A stretch of DNA of 64,000 nucleotides from Candidatus Collierbacteria bacterium UBA2277 (GCA_002347045.1 DDWV01000001.1:487201-551200); one strand, 5' to 3'. Shown: positions 21,445 through 30,670, counted from the first letter of the stretch. The notes: a model not told the origin generated them from the sequence alone. Program-made: numbers and translations.

Positions 21445-23574
21445 TTATTGCTCGGTTTCTTCGTTTTGGGGCAGGTATTCGTCAAAACTATTAACTATGA
21501 TCTCTCTTGGTTTGTTTCCTTCGGCTGGAGCAAGGATTCCGGACATCTCTAGCTGATCAAGAATTCGGGCGGCTCTGGCGTATCCAACCTCAAGACGTCT
21601 TTGAAGTAGAGATGCAGAGCCTTTGCCTTCGGCGATACAAAGCCTTGCTGCTTCTTCAAATTTCTCATCCACGTTACCAAGATCTTTACCTGAAGTAGAA
21701 ACTGTGCCCTTGGGAGAAATATTCTTAGTAATGTTTTCGTCTCGTTTGGTTTCAACGCCCATACTCTGGATGAACTTTAGGAGATCAGATATTTCTCTAT
21801 CTGAGACAAAAGCACCTTGAATGCGTTTTGGCTTAGCAACGTCTGGGGGAATAAAAAGCATGTCCCCTTTTCCGAGAAGTTTTTCAGCTCCAGGGGAGTC
21901 GATAATTACACGAGAGTCAATCATAGAAGTAACCTGGAAAGCAATACGTGCAGGGATGTTGGCCTTGATGAGACCAGTAAGTACGTTGACTGAGGGACGC
22001 TGTGTAGCAAGCACTAGGTGTATACCAACCGCACGAGCCATCTGAGCAAGTCTAACGATGTGATTTTCGACGTCATTGGCGTTTCTGGACATCATAATGT
22101 CTGCCATCTCGTCGACGATAACAATAATGTAAGGCATAGACTGGAATGCTTTACTTTCGTTGTAGCTGGCAATATTTTTTACACCAACTTCTTGGAAAAT
22201 TTTGTAGCGCCTTTCCATTTCTGAGACGGCCCAGCCAAGAGCGTTGACTACTTTATCTACATCGGTAATAACATCTGTAAGTAAATGAGGGATTCCATTG
22301 TATGGAGTGAGCTCAACTCGTTTTGGATCAACCATTATAAACTTCACTTCTTCAGGTGAAGCACGAAACAAAATTGAAGAGATAAAAGCATTGATTAAGA
22401 CTGATTTACCTGAACCTGTAGTTCCAGCGATAAGGATATGAGGCATTTTTGAGATGTCAACAACACAAGCTGTACCGGAAACGTCCAGCCCAAGAGAAAC
22501 AACGGTTTTTGATTTACTTCCTTGCATTGCAGGAGAAGAAAGCATGTCTCGAAGCGAGACAAACTCGAGAGAGCGATTTGGAATCTCAATACCAACTAAG
22601 TCTCTACCAGGAATTGGAGCTTCGATACGGATCTGCCCTTGCGGTGCGGCCAAGGCAAGCGCGAGATCGGACTGAAGAGCATTGATTTTGGATAGCTTTG
22701 TACCCATAGCAATAGTCAATGCATATTGAGTGATTGCAGGGCCTTTGTGCACCTCTGAGACATGAGCTTGGATTCCAAAAGAGCCTAATGTGTTCTGGAT
22801 AACGTCAATGTTTTTGTTGATGTCCCCTCTGTCTGCTTTACCTAGTTTTTGATCTGAGAGAAGACTAATTGGCGGGTATTGCCAGATAGTGTCGGTAGCT
22901 CCTTCGAGAATTGGTTTTGGGGGGAGCTGGTTTATTTCGTGAGGTTTAGAAAATGTCTTGGAGTTGTCATCTTGATGAACTGTGCTGGGGACTGAGTCAT
23001 TTTCTTCACCGCCGGTAATTTTTACCGCCCCTGGTTTACTAATGAAGTTAGGCTTATTTTTTCCACTGAATGTTTTAATTTTTGTACTTGCATCTCCTAA
23101 CTTTTTAGCTCCTTCTTGGATAAAAACTACAAGATCTTCAATTGATGTTTCAAAAAGAATAAATAAACCGATAGCAGTACCAACTAAGAAAAAAAGAGCT
23201 GCTCCGGGGACAGAGATAAGTGACGTAATTGATTCATGGATACCGTTACCGATACTCCCAGAACCAGAAAGCCCGCTTAGTGAAATCATAGTAATAACAC
23301 TGCCCAAAAGGACATGAGGGGAAGCAATGGCTAGCTTGACATGAGTAAGGAGAAGTCCTCCAACAATGAAAATAAATGGTAAAAACAAAAGTGGCCACCC
23401 AAGCAGGTCTCTGCCTATCTGATTGATTCTCATAAGAAACTCTCCTTGCTGAGAAAAAGAGATTGCTATTAAACCACCGATACCCATAATAACCACCGCT
23501 AAGATGGAGTTTACGGTATCCTTTTTTAGATTAAGTTTGTATGGTTTACTGCGACGACCTTTTTTACGAGCCAT
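21445..23574 (-). CDS. ftsK: DNA translocase FtsK/SpoIIIE
   Basis: 709 aa with N-terminal TM helices, a motor domain (HILIAGTTGSGKSV and IVIVDEMADIMM), and a C-terminal gamma/winged-helix domain. Confidence 0.9.
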   Translation of the reverse strand: MARKKGRRSKPYKLNLKKDTVNSILAVVIMGIGGLIAISFSQQGEFLMRINQIGRDLLGWPLLFLPFIFIVGGLLLTHVKLAIASPHVLLGSVITMISLSGLSGSGSIGNGIHESITSLISVPGAALFFLVGTAIGLFILFETSIEDLVVFIQEGAKKLGDASTKIKTFSGKNKPNFISKPGAVKITGGEENDSVPSTVHQDDNSKTFSKPHEINQLPPKPILEGATDTIWQYPPISLLSDQKLGKADRGDINKNIDVIQNTLGSFGIQAHVSEVHKGPAITQYALTIAMGTKLSKINALQSDLALALAAPQGQIRIEAPIPGRDLVGIEIPNRSLEFVSLRDMLSSPAMQGSKSKTVVSLGLDVSGTACVVDISKMPHILIAGTTGSGKSVLINAFISSILFRASPEEVKFIMVDPKRVELTPYNGIPHLLTDVITDVDKVVNALGWAVSEMERRYKIFQEVGVKNIASYNESKAFQSMPYIIVIVDEMADIMMSRNANDVENHIVRLAQMARAVGIHLVLATQRPSVNVLTGLIKANIPARIAFQVTSMIDSRVIIDSPGAEKLLGKGDMLFIPPDVAKPKRIQGAFVSDREISDLLKFIQSMGVETKRDENITKNISPKGTVSTSGKDLGNVDEKFEEAARLCIAEGKGSASLLQRRLEVGYARAARILDQLEMSGILAPAEGNKPREIIVNSFDEYLPQNEETEQ

Positions 23575-23609
23575 AGATAATCTTAAGTATATCTTAGAAT
23601 TCTTGAGGT

Positions 23610-25274
23610 TTATACCTCTAGAAGGATTGCAACCACGAGAGGACGACGTTGTGTGTGGTCAAAAGCAAAGTGTTCTAACTGAGCCTCAATCTTTTTTCTA
23701 ATAAAGCCCAAATCTGTTGCCTGGCCTTTTAATCCTTTTAGACAAGAATGGACTTGTTTTTTGGCATCATTTATCAGGTCTTGAGATTCTTTTTGGTAGA
23801 CAAAGCCTCGTGAGATAATTTCGACTTCTCCGGAAATTTGAGAGTTATCTCTTCTTATAGGAACGATAGCTAGCAAAACACCGTCTTCAGCCATTACTTG
23901 GCGATCGCGTAAAACTACAGCACCGACATCTCCAATACCCAGACCATCGACATAAACGTTTCTCGTTTCGATACGAGGACCTTCTTTAACTGAGCCATTT
24001 TCTAAGATAACTGACTGGCCATCGGATAAAACAAATACTTTTTCTGGATCGAAATTTATGTCTTTAGCAAGATCTTTGTAAAGCATCATGTGGCGGATAT
24101 TTCCTCCGATTGGGATAATATTTTTGGGTCGAACTAACTGGGCCAGAAGGGCAATATCTCCTCGATAACCATGACCAGAAACATGGAGATTTTCTGATGT
24201 TCCTGAGTAGACGACATCGATATTGTGCTTGTAAAGGGTGTCCATAAGATCAAAAATGTCAGCGTCGTTTCCTGTGCCAGGAATAGCGTTTGAGCTAATA
24301 ATTACCTTGTCACCTTTTTTGAGTTTGGCAATCCGATGTTCGTTGTTTGCTAGTCTGTGCATTGCAGAACCGGATTGGCCCTGAGAGCCAGATACAATGA
24401 CGGTGACCTGGTTGGGGGGCAAAGTTTGAACCTGCTGTGGTTTAATCAGAACACCTTTAGGAATTTTTATGAAACCAGTTTTCGCAGCAGCTTCAATATT
24501 TTGCTCGACAGAACGACCGATAATGGCGACTCTGCGGTGATATTTTATTGAAGCGTCTATCGCCATTTGGAAACGAGAAATTGAAGAGGACATGCCGGTA
24601 AAGATTACTTTTCCTTTGGTGTTGCTGATCTCACTGTCAATTGCTTTTAGAAGCGATCTTTCTGAGGGACAAAAACCAGATTTTTCGATACCAAGACAGT
24701 CTGAGAGAAGGAGGTCTACACCATTGTTACCAGCAACTGCCATGGCACCAAGGTCTGGGGGGAGATTGTCAATTGGGGTTAGGTCAAACTTATAGTCTGC
24801 ACCATGATAGACAGTACCGCCTGGGGTTTTAATTAATAGATGATGACAGTTTGGAACTGAGTGGGTAGAGTGTATGAATTGGATATGAAAAGGCCCAAGA
24901 GTTAAATTTCCATCAACGTGAGTCATTTTGTTGAGAATACCAAATTCACGTACTTTAATCTCGGCCATGGCGATGACGAGCTTGCCTCCAAATACTTGAA
25001 CGTCTTTAAGACGAGGAAGAATGTATGCAAGTCCTCCGATGTGATCCATGTGAGGATGTGTAAGTACGATACCGTGGAGTTTTTTACCTGGTTTTTCAAG
25101 ATAGCTAATGTCTGGAATGACAGCGTCGACTCCGAGAGCGTCGTCTTTAGGGAATCCCATTCCACAGTCGACAACAAGTTGATCGTTACCGTATTCGTAG
25201 ACGTACATGTTCTTCGTGACGTCACCGACACCACCAAGAGGAATAATTTTTAGAGGATGTTTTTTATTATCCAT
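23610..25274 (-). CDS. rnj: Ribonuclease J (metallo-beta-lactamase / beta-CASP)
   Basis: 554 aa with HGIVLTHPHMDHIGG (the HxHxDH motif), a beta-CASP domain and the RNase J C-terminal domain. Confidence 0.9.
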   Translation of the reverse strand: MDNKKHPLKIIPLGGVGDVTKNMYVYEYGNDQLVVDCGMGFPKDDALGVDAVIPDISYLEKPGKKLHGIVLTHPHMDHIGGLAYILPRLKDVQVFGGKLVIAMAEIKVREFGILNKMTHVDGNLTLGPFHIQFIHSTHSVPNCHHLLIKTPGGTVYHGADYKFDLTPIDNLPPDLGAMAVAGNNGVDLLLSDCLGIEKSGFCPSERSLLKAIDSEISNTKGKVIFTGMSSSISRFQMAIDASIKYHRRVAIIGRSVEQNIEAAAKTGFIKIPKGVLIKPQQVQTLPPNQVTVIVSGSQGQSGSAMHRLANNEHRIAKLKKGDKVIISSNAIPGTGNDADIFDLMDTLYKHNIDVVYSGTSENLHVSGHGYRGDIALLAQLVRPKNIIPIGGNIRHMMLYKDLAKDINFDPEKVFVLSDGQSVILENGSVKEGPRIETRNVYVDGLGIGDVGAVVLRDRQVMAEDGVLLAIVPIRRDNSQISGEVEIISRGFVYQKESQDLINDAKKQVHSCLKGLKGQATDLGFIRKKIEAQLEHFAFDHTQRRPLVVAILLEV

Positions 25275-25472
25275 ATTTTTATTTATTTAATTACTTTATA
25301 TTGATCAACACAGATACTCTGCTTGAACACGCCAGCCAAAGACCAGCCTAACTTAATTTATTTTACACTTACTAAGGAAATTATTTGGAACCGGAGCTAC
25401 TATAAGACTCTTGGGTATAGGTAACTTAATCTTAGTCAAAGTCAAAATTCTATATGCGTGTATTATACACTG

Positions 25473-26537
25473 TTACCATTTTGGAAGGAATGACTTGATG
25501 TTGTCGGCATTTAAACTGACTGACTTGGCCTGACCCGTAACTATCATGAGAGCAACTTTGCGTACAATACCTTCGATAGTTCTATTTAAAGTACGAATAC
25601 CAGCATCGTAGCCTAACGGACGAATAATACTGGGCCAGAGATCAGGATTAATGGTGATTAAAGCAGGATCCATACCGGCGGCCTCAAGAGCCTTAGGGAA
25701 TAAGTATTCCTGAGCAATGTGTGTTTTCTCATCGTCGGAGTAGGATGGCATCTGAATAGGCTCAAGACGATCCATAACAGCGGTAGCTAGGTTACCAGTG
25801 TTGTTGGCTGTAGCGATAAACATAACCTCAGATAAATCGACCGGATAATCAATGAAGTGGTCAAGGAAACGGTTGTTTTGAGAAGGATCTAGAAGTTCAA
25901 CTAAAACACCCATGATATCGGCCCTGGCCTCTTCAGTGACACGGTCAATTTCGTCAAGAAGAATAATGGGGTTCTTAACCCCGGAGTCACAGAGTGCTCT
26001 GACGACATATCCAGGCTGTGCTTCGAGATGAAGTCGTGACTCTCCACGAAGATCTCTTGCAGAACCAAGACCTCCAAAGGGAATACGAGCTATGGGGCGA
26101 CCTAAGGCCTCTGAAAGAGCGTAAGCGAAAGTTGTCTTTCCAGTACCCACGAGACCTACTAGACAGATGATTGGAGCACGTACAATGCCCTCGTTTCTTG
26201 CAGCACGAAGCTTGATAACTGACATGTACTCAAGAATGCGTTCTTTAACGTTGTCCATGCCGAAATGGTTTTTATCAAGAATGGCTTTGATTGTGGTAAG
26301 GTCTATGGGACGCTCCACTCTCTTTGCCCAAGGAACCTTTGCAACCCAGTCGATGTAGTGACGAAGCTTTTCGAACTCTTCGGAAAAAAATCCTTGACTG
26401 GAGAGACGATCTAGACGGGAGATGATTTCTGAGATGCTATTTTTGAGCTCTGGAGGCATCTCAATGGAATCTATCTTCTGACGAAGTGCAGCAAGAGACG
26501 AGTCGGCGGAGTTTTGATTCTGGGCAGAAGGATCCAT
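25473..26537 (-). CDS. Lon-like AAA+ ATPase module with no protease domain
   Basis: Carries the Lon pre-AAA helix (LRHYIDWVAKVPW...DKNHFGMDNVKERILEYMSV), Walker A LVGLVGTGKTT, Walker B ILLDEIDRV and a sensor/alpha-helical lid. It ends at the position where the Lon peptidase domain normally begins. The preferred start is the ATG at 26535-26537 (MDPSAQ). The ORF-track extension to 26600 runs through a terminator hairpin. Confidence 0.8.
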   Translation of the reverse strand: MDPSAQNQNSADSSLAALRQKIDSIEMPPELKNSISEIISRLDRLSSQGFFSEEFEKLRHYIDWVAKVPWAKRVERPIDLTTIKAILDKNHFGMDNVKERILEYMSVIKLRAARNEGIVRAPIICLVGLVGTGKTTFAYALSEALGRPIARIPFGGLGSARDLRGESRLHLEAQPGYVVRALCDSGVKNPIILLDEIDRVTEEARADIMGVLVELLDPSQNNRFLDHFIDYPVDLSEVMFIATANNTGNLATAVMDRLEPIQMPSYSDDEKTHIAQEYLFPKALEAAGMDPALITINPDLWPSIIRPLGYDAGIRTLNRTIEGIVRKVALMIVTGQAKSVSLNADNIKSFLPKW

Positions 26538-26565
26538 GAACTTATTATATACAAGTTTGACGTTG

Positions 26566-26591
26566 AAAAAAAACCGGGTCCTGAGACCCGG
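26566..26591 (-). terminator. Intrinsic terminator between the small membrane protein gene and the Lon-AAA gene
   Basis: On the plus strand: AAAAAAAA, then CCGGGTC-CTGA-GACCCGG (a 7-bp GC stem). On the minus strand the stem is followed by T8, ending about 28 nt upstream of the Lon-AAA ATG. Confidence 0.8.
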
Positions 26592-26601
26592 TGTTTGCAT
26601 A

Positions 26602-27045
26602 TTAAATTGTGGACATAATAAATAACAGGAATAACACTAATAAAATAAACAATGAAACGAATATTGTCGCAGCATAGTTTGATGTGGTAGATATTAAGGT
26701 GACTTCAACAGGAGTCTCTGACATAACCGTGATAGAGACTTCTCCATCACTTTTGGCTACCCACAAACCAACCGAAAGGGTGTCTGTGCTTTGAAAAATT
26801 GAGCCGGTGACATACTTCCCTTCAATTGAAGCCGACCCTGAAGAAACTCTATAGTATCCTGTACTACTCGCCGATACTACTTTAACTTCCCGCGAGTCAC
26901 TCTGAACAAGAGCTGACCTAAACTTGCTCACGGAAAAGTTTTGGACTGTCTGAGGTTTTTGATATTTATCTTTTAAAATCAAAAAATCTAAACCTGCAGC
27001 GACAATAACCAACATAATTAAAAATATCCAATATTTCTTTTCCAA
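26602..27045 (-). CDS. Small membrane protein with TM helices at both termini, function unknown
   Basis: 147 aa with hydrophobic helices at both ends. Bracketed by intrinsic-terminator hairpins at 27126-27156 and 26566-26591. Confidence 0.45.
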   Translation of the reverse strand: MEKKYWIFLIMLVIVAAGLDFLILKDKYQKPQTVQNFSVSKFRSALVQSDSREVKVVSASSTGYYRVSSGSASIEGKYVTGSIFQSTDTLSVGLWVAKSDGEVSITVMSETPVEVTLISTTSNYAATIFVSLFILLVLFLLFIMSTI

Positions 27046-27125
27046 TTTTTCCTCCTTATTTTCTTCTTGGCTCTAAAAGTGCTTGGTGGTAGGGATTTTA
27101 TTACTTTCTGGCATTTGTGTCAACA

Positions 27126-27156
27126 AAATACCCCAATTAAATTTGGGGTATTTTTT
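27126..27156 (-). terminator. Intrinsic terminator downstream of pnp
   Basis: Stem AAATACCCCA, loop ATTAAATT, stem TGGGGTATTT, a 10-bp perfect stem. It is T-rich on both sides (TTTTTTGCT on plus, TTTTGTTG on minus). Confidence 0.75.
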
Positions 27157-27179
27157 GCTAAGGCCTAGTTTATTCTATA

Positions 27180-29348
27180 TCAACGACTGTCTCTAAAATT
27201 ACTGTATTTTTGACGATTACTACCGGAGTGACTGCCACGATCTCCTGAAGACCTTGACCCTTCGGGGGTGTTAGGTCGCTCTGCTCTTATAGGAGACTCT
27301 CCCTCTTTGAGCATTGTTAGATTTACACGACCCATGGAGTCTACCTCGTAGCAACGAACTTCGACCTTATCGCCTATCTTCATAGATTTAAATGTTTCAG
27401 GCTGGACTCGAGAAACATGGACTAGTCCATCTTTACCTGGAAGGATGTTGACAAAGGCTCCAAAGGCTTCGACACGAGCGACGGTGCCTTCGTATGTCTT
27501 TCCAACTTCGGCTTCAGCAACGATAGAGTCGATGTAAGCTACGGCAGCGTCAACTTTTGGCTGATCAGAACCAGTGACTGTAACCGTGCCATCTTCTTCT
27601 ATGTTTACTTCTACCAAGAAGTCATCTTGAATCTGATGGATTATTTTTCCACCTGAACCAATGACATCACCAATTTTGGATACTGGAACTTTTGTAGACA
27701 CAATCTTTGGAGCGTACTGAGAGATCTTTTCACGAGGAGCGTCGAGAGCGTCATTCATGATCTTGAGAAGAGTCATGCGGGCACGTTTAGCTTGTTCAAC
27801 GGCCTTGACCAATATATCAGCATTGATTCCGGTAACTTTGACGTCCATCTGAAGGGCGGTAATTCCCTCGACAGTACCGGCAACTTTAAAATCCATGTCA
27901 CCTAAGTGGTCTTCAAGGCCACAGATGTCCGTGAGTGTAACAAATTTTTCACCTTGTGCAATAAGTCCCATGGCCATTCCGGCTACGGGTCTTTTAATCG
28001 GAACTCCTGCGTCCATTAATGAAAGAGTTGAGCCACAGATCGAAGCTTGAGAAGTTGAGCCATTACTTGACATTACTTCTGAAACTACACGAATAGCATA
28101 AGGAAAGTCTTCCTGATTTGGAAGGACTGGCATAAGGGCACGTTCGGCTAAGGCACCATGGCCAATCTCTCGACGACCTGTTCCAGGACGTTTGGTTTCT
28201 CCAGCAGCGTATCCAGGCATGTTGTAATGATGCATGTAGCGTTTGGTCTCCTCGCCTTTCATACCATCAATAAGCTGTTCTCTGGCAGGAGAGGCAAGGG
28301 TGATGACAGAAAGAACGTGAGTCAAACCTCTTTTGAAAAAAGCGGACCCGTGGGTTCGAGGAAGAACTCCAACTTCGATATCGATAGGGCGGATTTCTTC
28401 CATATCACGACCATCAGGGCGTTGGGATTTCTCGAGAATGTTCTTGCGGGCCAAGTCTCTTAACATGTTGTCTGCAACTTCTGCAATCTGACTTGGGTTG
28501 TGTTCGGGATGGGCAGTGCAGATAGCAGAGATGATTTCGCTGGCTTGAGTACCTGTCTTAGTAGCTTCATTTTTTAGAAGTTCTTCAACGTTTCCAAGTT
28601 CGTCCTTAACAAATTTTGCGATCTCTGGGTCGATCTCAACAGGGGTGATGGTACGTTTTTCTTTGCCATTGGCTTTTGCAAATTTTGCAATTGCGTCTGC
28701 AACTGTGTCAACATACTCTTGTGCATATTTAAGAGCTCCGGTTACCTTTTCGTCTGTAACTTCGGAAGCCCCAGCCTCAACCATACAAATACCACCTTTG
28801 GGGCCAGAAACTACCAAGTCTAGGGGAGAAGTTTCTTTTTGTTCTTGAGTAGGATTAACAATGTACTCACCTTCTGGAGTCATGCCTATACGGACAGAAC
28901 CTATTGGACCTGACCATGGATAGTCGGACAAGGAGATGGCGGCGGAAGAAGCAATAATAGCTAAGATTTCAGGTTCTTCAACACCATCATAGGAAAGTGG
29001 AGAGGCAAGAAGCTGAACTTCGTTTCGAGAGGCTTGATCAAAAAGAGGTCTTATCGAACGGTCGATAACACGGCCCGTAAGTATCTCGTTTTCTGAAGGA
29101 CGACCTTCGCGTTTTATGAAACGGCTAGAGCTAATTACTCCGCCAGCATAGAGTTTTTCTTGATAGTCAATGGAAAGAGGAAAGTAATCAATCCCCTCTT
29201 TGACTCTATTGGATGCTACTACAGATGCAATGACGACTGTGTCGCCACATCTTGCTGTAACAGAACCTGAGGCCTGGGCACCAAAGCGGCCGGTCTCGAT
29301 TGTAATTGTTTTACCATTGAGAACAATGGTGGTTTGTGGATATGTCAT
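27180..29348 (-). CDS. pnp: Polyribonucleotide nucleotidyltransferase (PNPase)
   Basis: 722 aa with two RNase PH domains, KH and S1 domains, and a Gly/Arg/Ser-rich C-terminal tail. Confidence 0.95.
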   Translation of the reverse strand: MTYPQTTIVLNGKTITIETGRFGAQASGSVTARCGDTVVIASVVASNRVKEGIDYFPLSIDYQEKLYAGGVISSSRFIKREGRPSENEILTGRVIDRSIRPLFDQASRNEVQLLASPLSYDGVEEPEILAIIASSAAISLSDYPWSGPIGSVRIGMTPEGEYIVNPTQEQKETSPLDLVVSGPKGGICMVEAGASEVTDEKVTGALKYAQEYVDTVADAIAKFAKANGKEKRTITPVEIDPEIAKFVKDELGNVEELLKNEATKTGTQASEIISAICTAHPEHNPSQIAEVADNMLRDLARKNILEKSQRPDGRDMEEIRPIDIEVGVLPRTHGSAFFKRGLTHVLSVITLASPAREQLIDGMKGEETKRYMHHYNMPGYAAGETKRPGTGRREIGHGALAERALMPVLPNQEDFPYAIRVVSEVMSSNGSTSQASICGSTLSLMDAGVPIKRPVAGMAMGLIAQGEKFVTLTDICGLEDHLGDMDFKVAGTVEGITALQMDVKVTGINADILVKAVEQAKRARMTLLKIMNDALDAPREKISQYAPKIVSTKVPVSKIGDVIGSGGKIIHQIQDDFLVEVNIEEDGTVTVTGSDQPKVDAAVAYIDSIVAEAEVGKTYEGTVARVEAFGAFVNILPGKDGLVHVSRVQPETFKSMKIGDKVEVRCYEVDSMGRVNLTMLKEGESPIRAERPNTPEGSRSSGDRGSHSGSNRQKYSNFRDSR

Positions 29349-29352
29349 ACCC

Positions 29353-29382
29353 AGAATCCTTTCTTTTGGCGACTTGGATTCT
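29353..29382 (-). promoter_or_regulatory. Stem-loop in the pnp 5' leader (rpsO-pnp intergenic)
   Basis: AGAATCC, a 16-nt loop, then GGATTCT, extendable to 9 bp with one mismatch. Its 3' arm ends 5 nt before the pnp ATG. Confidence 0.45.
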
Positions 29383-29449
29383 TGAGAAGAAAACAGAAGA
29401 TACCTAAGGAATTATCCTCAGATAGATATACTCTATTTACTCCTCAAGC

Positions 29450-29740
29450 TTATTTAGCGGAGTCGCGCAGTTGACTGTTAATGTTTAGAGACTTTGTAAC
29501 TTCGAGATAATCTTTAGTGTTGGACTTGGCTAGATAGTTTAGGAGGCGACGTCTTTTAGAGATAATCTTTAGCAAGCCACGACGTGAATGATTGTCTTTT
29601 TTATGAACTTTTAAATGGTCGGTGAGTTCTTCAATCTGTGCAGAAAGAAGGGCAATTTGCACGCGAGGAGAACCAGTGTCTTTTTCACTAGCGGCAAAGT
29701 TTTTAATGATGTCTATTTTTGTGTCTGATTTAAGAGCCAT
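29450..29740 (-). CDS. rpsO: 30S ribosomal protein S15
   Basis: 96 aa in a typical S15 helical bundle, with a GSPRVQIALLSAQIEELTDHLKVHKKDNHSRRGLLKIISKRRRLLNYL motif. Confidence 0.9.
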   Translation of the reverse strand: MALKSDTKIDIIKNFAASEKDTGSPRVQIALLSAQIEELTDHLKVHKKDNHSRRGLLKIISKRRRLLNYLAKSNTKDYLEVTKSLNINSQLRDSAK

Positions 29741-29782
29741 ATCGGTGTGTATTGTAGCAGATACTAGTAATTTTGTCAGCAG

Positions 29783-30667
29783 TTACTGCTTAACTCGAAA
29801 TATTTTAGGTTTGTTCCAGTCTGAAGGAACTGGAACATCCTCTTCTTCAGGGAGAGGGATGTTTTCTTCTTCAGGGATGGTAGTGTCAGTGTCCTCAAAG
29901 AAAGGTGGCTGAGAGAACTTTGGGAAGGTTGGCTTTTGAGAAGGGGTCTTGGCACCAGCTCGCATCAAAAATGCGACTTGAGCAAAGGTGTCAGCGGTAA
30001 GTCGGGGGCTAGAAAGATTGTTTGTGGCGCTATAGATATTTGCGAGAAGGTTTTCGGCAACAGAGGAAGAGATTTTTAGACCAATGTTTTCGACAAAACA
30101 TGAAACTAGTTCTGAAAAAGAGCTTACGTCGGAGTGAAAGTGATTACCAGTAAAAGAGGAGGGGCTTAGGTTGGTGTTGAGACTTAGAATATCAGCGTTG
30201 TCCAAAAATGGCTTCTCGTCTGCATATATTTTGCCTAACTCTTCGAGAGAGTTTATGCCAAGAGTGATTACTAGATCTGCAGAAGCACCTTTGTAAGAAA
30301 ACTTGACATTGGAAGTATCAGGGACGGGAGAGTTTGGTTTTGGCTTAATTAGAAGGTAAAACTTACCATCGTCTCGGACATCGTAGTCAACTTTGTCGAG
30401 ATCTTCTTCCTTGTAGTCAAATGAGATAACTAGATTTCGACTGCCAATACTATCTGTAATCTCAGATACTCCAACTATGTCTGAGTCAAGCTTAATTTCT
30501 GTACCACAGCCGATTTGAGAGTTTTTACCCGAGTCCTTAAACGCAAGATGTAAAGCAACTCCAGCATCAACAAGATCTTTTTCGGGATTTGGAGGAAGAA
30601 CAACAATAACTGATTTCGCGGCGTTAACGTTTGTTTTTATAGGTGTTATGTCTATTTTTTCTTCCAT
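29783..30667 (-). CDS. DHH-family (NrnA-like) protein with degenerate catalytic motifs, a probable pseudoenzyme
   Basis: VIVVLPPNPEKDLVDAGVALHLAFKDSGK aligns to the NrnA N-terminus (H.H..PD.DA.GS..AL...L...GK). The metal-binding residues are replaced: DHH becomes ISFDYKEE and the DHHA1 GGGH becomes KGASAD. It occupies the rbfA/nrnA/truB position between infB and rpsO. Confidence 0.5.
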   Translation of the reverse strand: MEEKIDITPIKTNVNAAKSVIVVLPPNPEKDLVDAGVALHLAFKDSGKNSQIGCGTEIKLDSDIVGVSEITDSIGSRNLVISFDYKEEDLDKVDYDVRDDGKFYLLIKPKPNSPVPDTSNVKFSYKGASADLVITLGINSLEELGKIYADEKPFLDNADILSLNTNLSPSSFTGNHFHSDVSSFSELVSCFVENIGLKISSSVAENLLANIYSATNNLSSPRLTADTFAQVAFLMRAGAKTPSQKPTFPKFSQPPFFEDTDTTIPEEENIPLPEEEDVPVPSDWNKPKIFRVKQ

Positions 30668-30670
30668 GTT

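Noticed and set aside
26538-26600. N-terminal extension of the Lon-AAA ORF (MQTPGLRTRFFFNVKLVYNKF)
   Set aside because: This stretch is the translation of the intrinsic-terminator hairpin and T-tract (CCGGGTC-CTGA-GACCCGG plus T8). The internal ATG at 26537 matches where Lon homologs begin.
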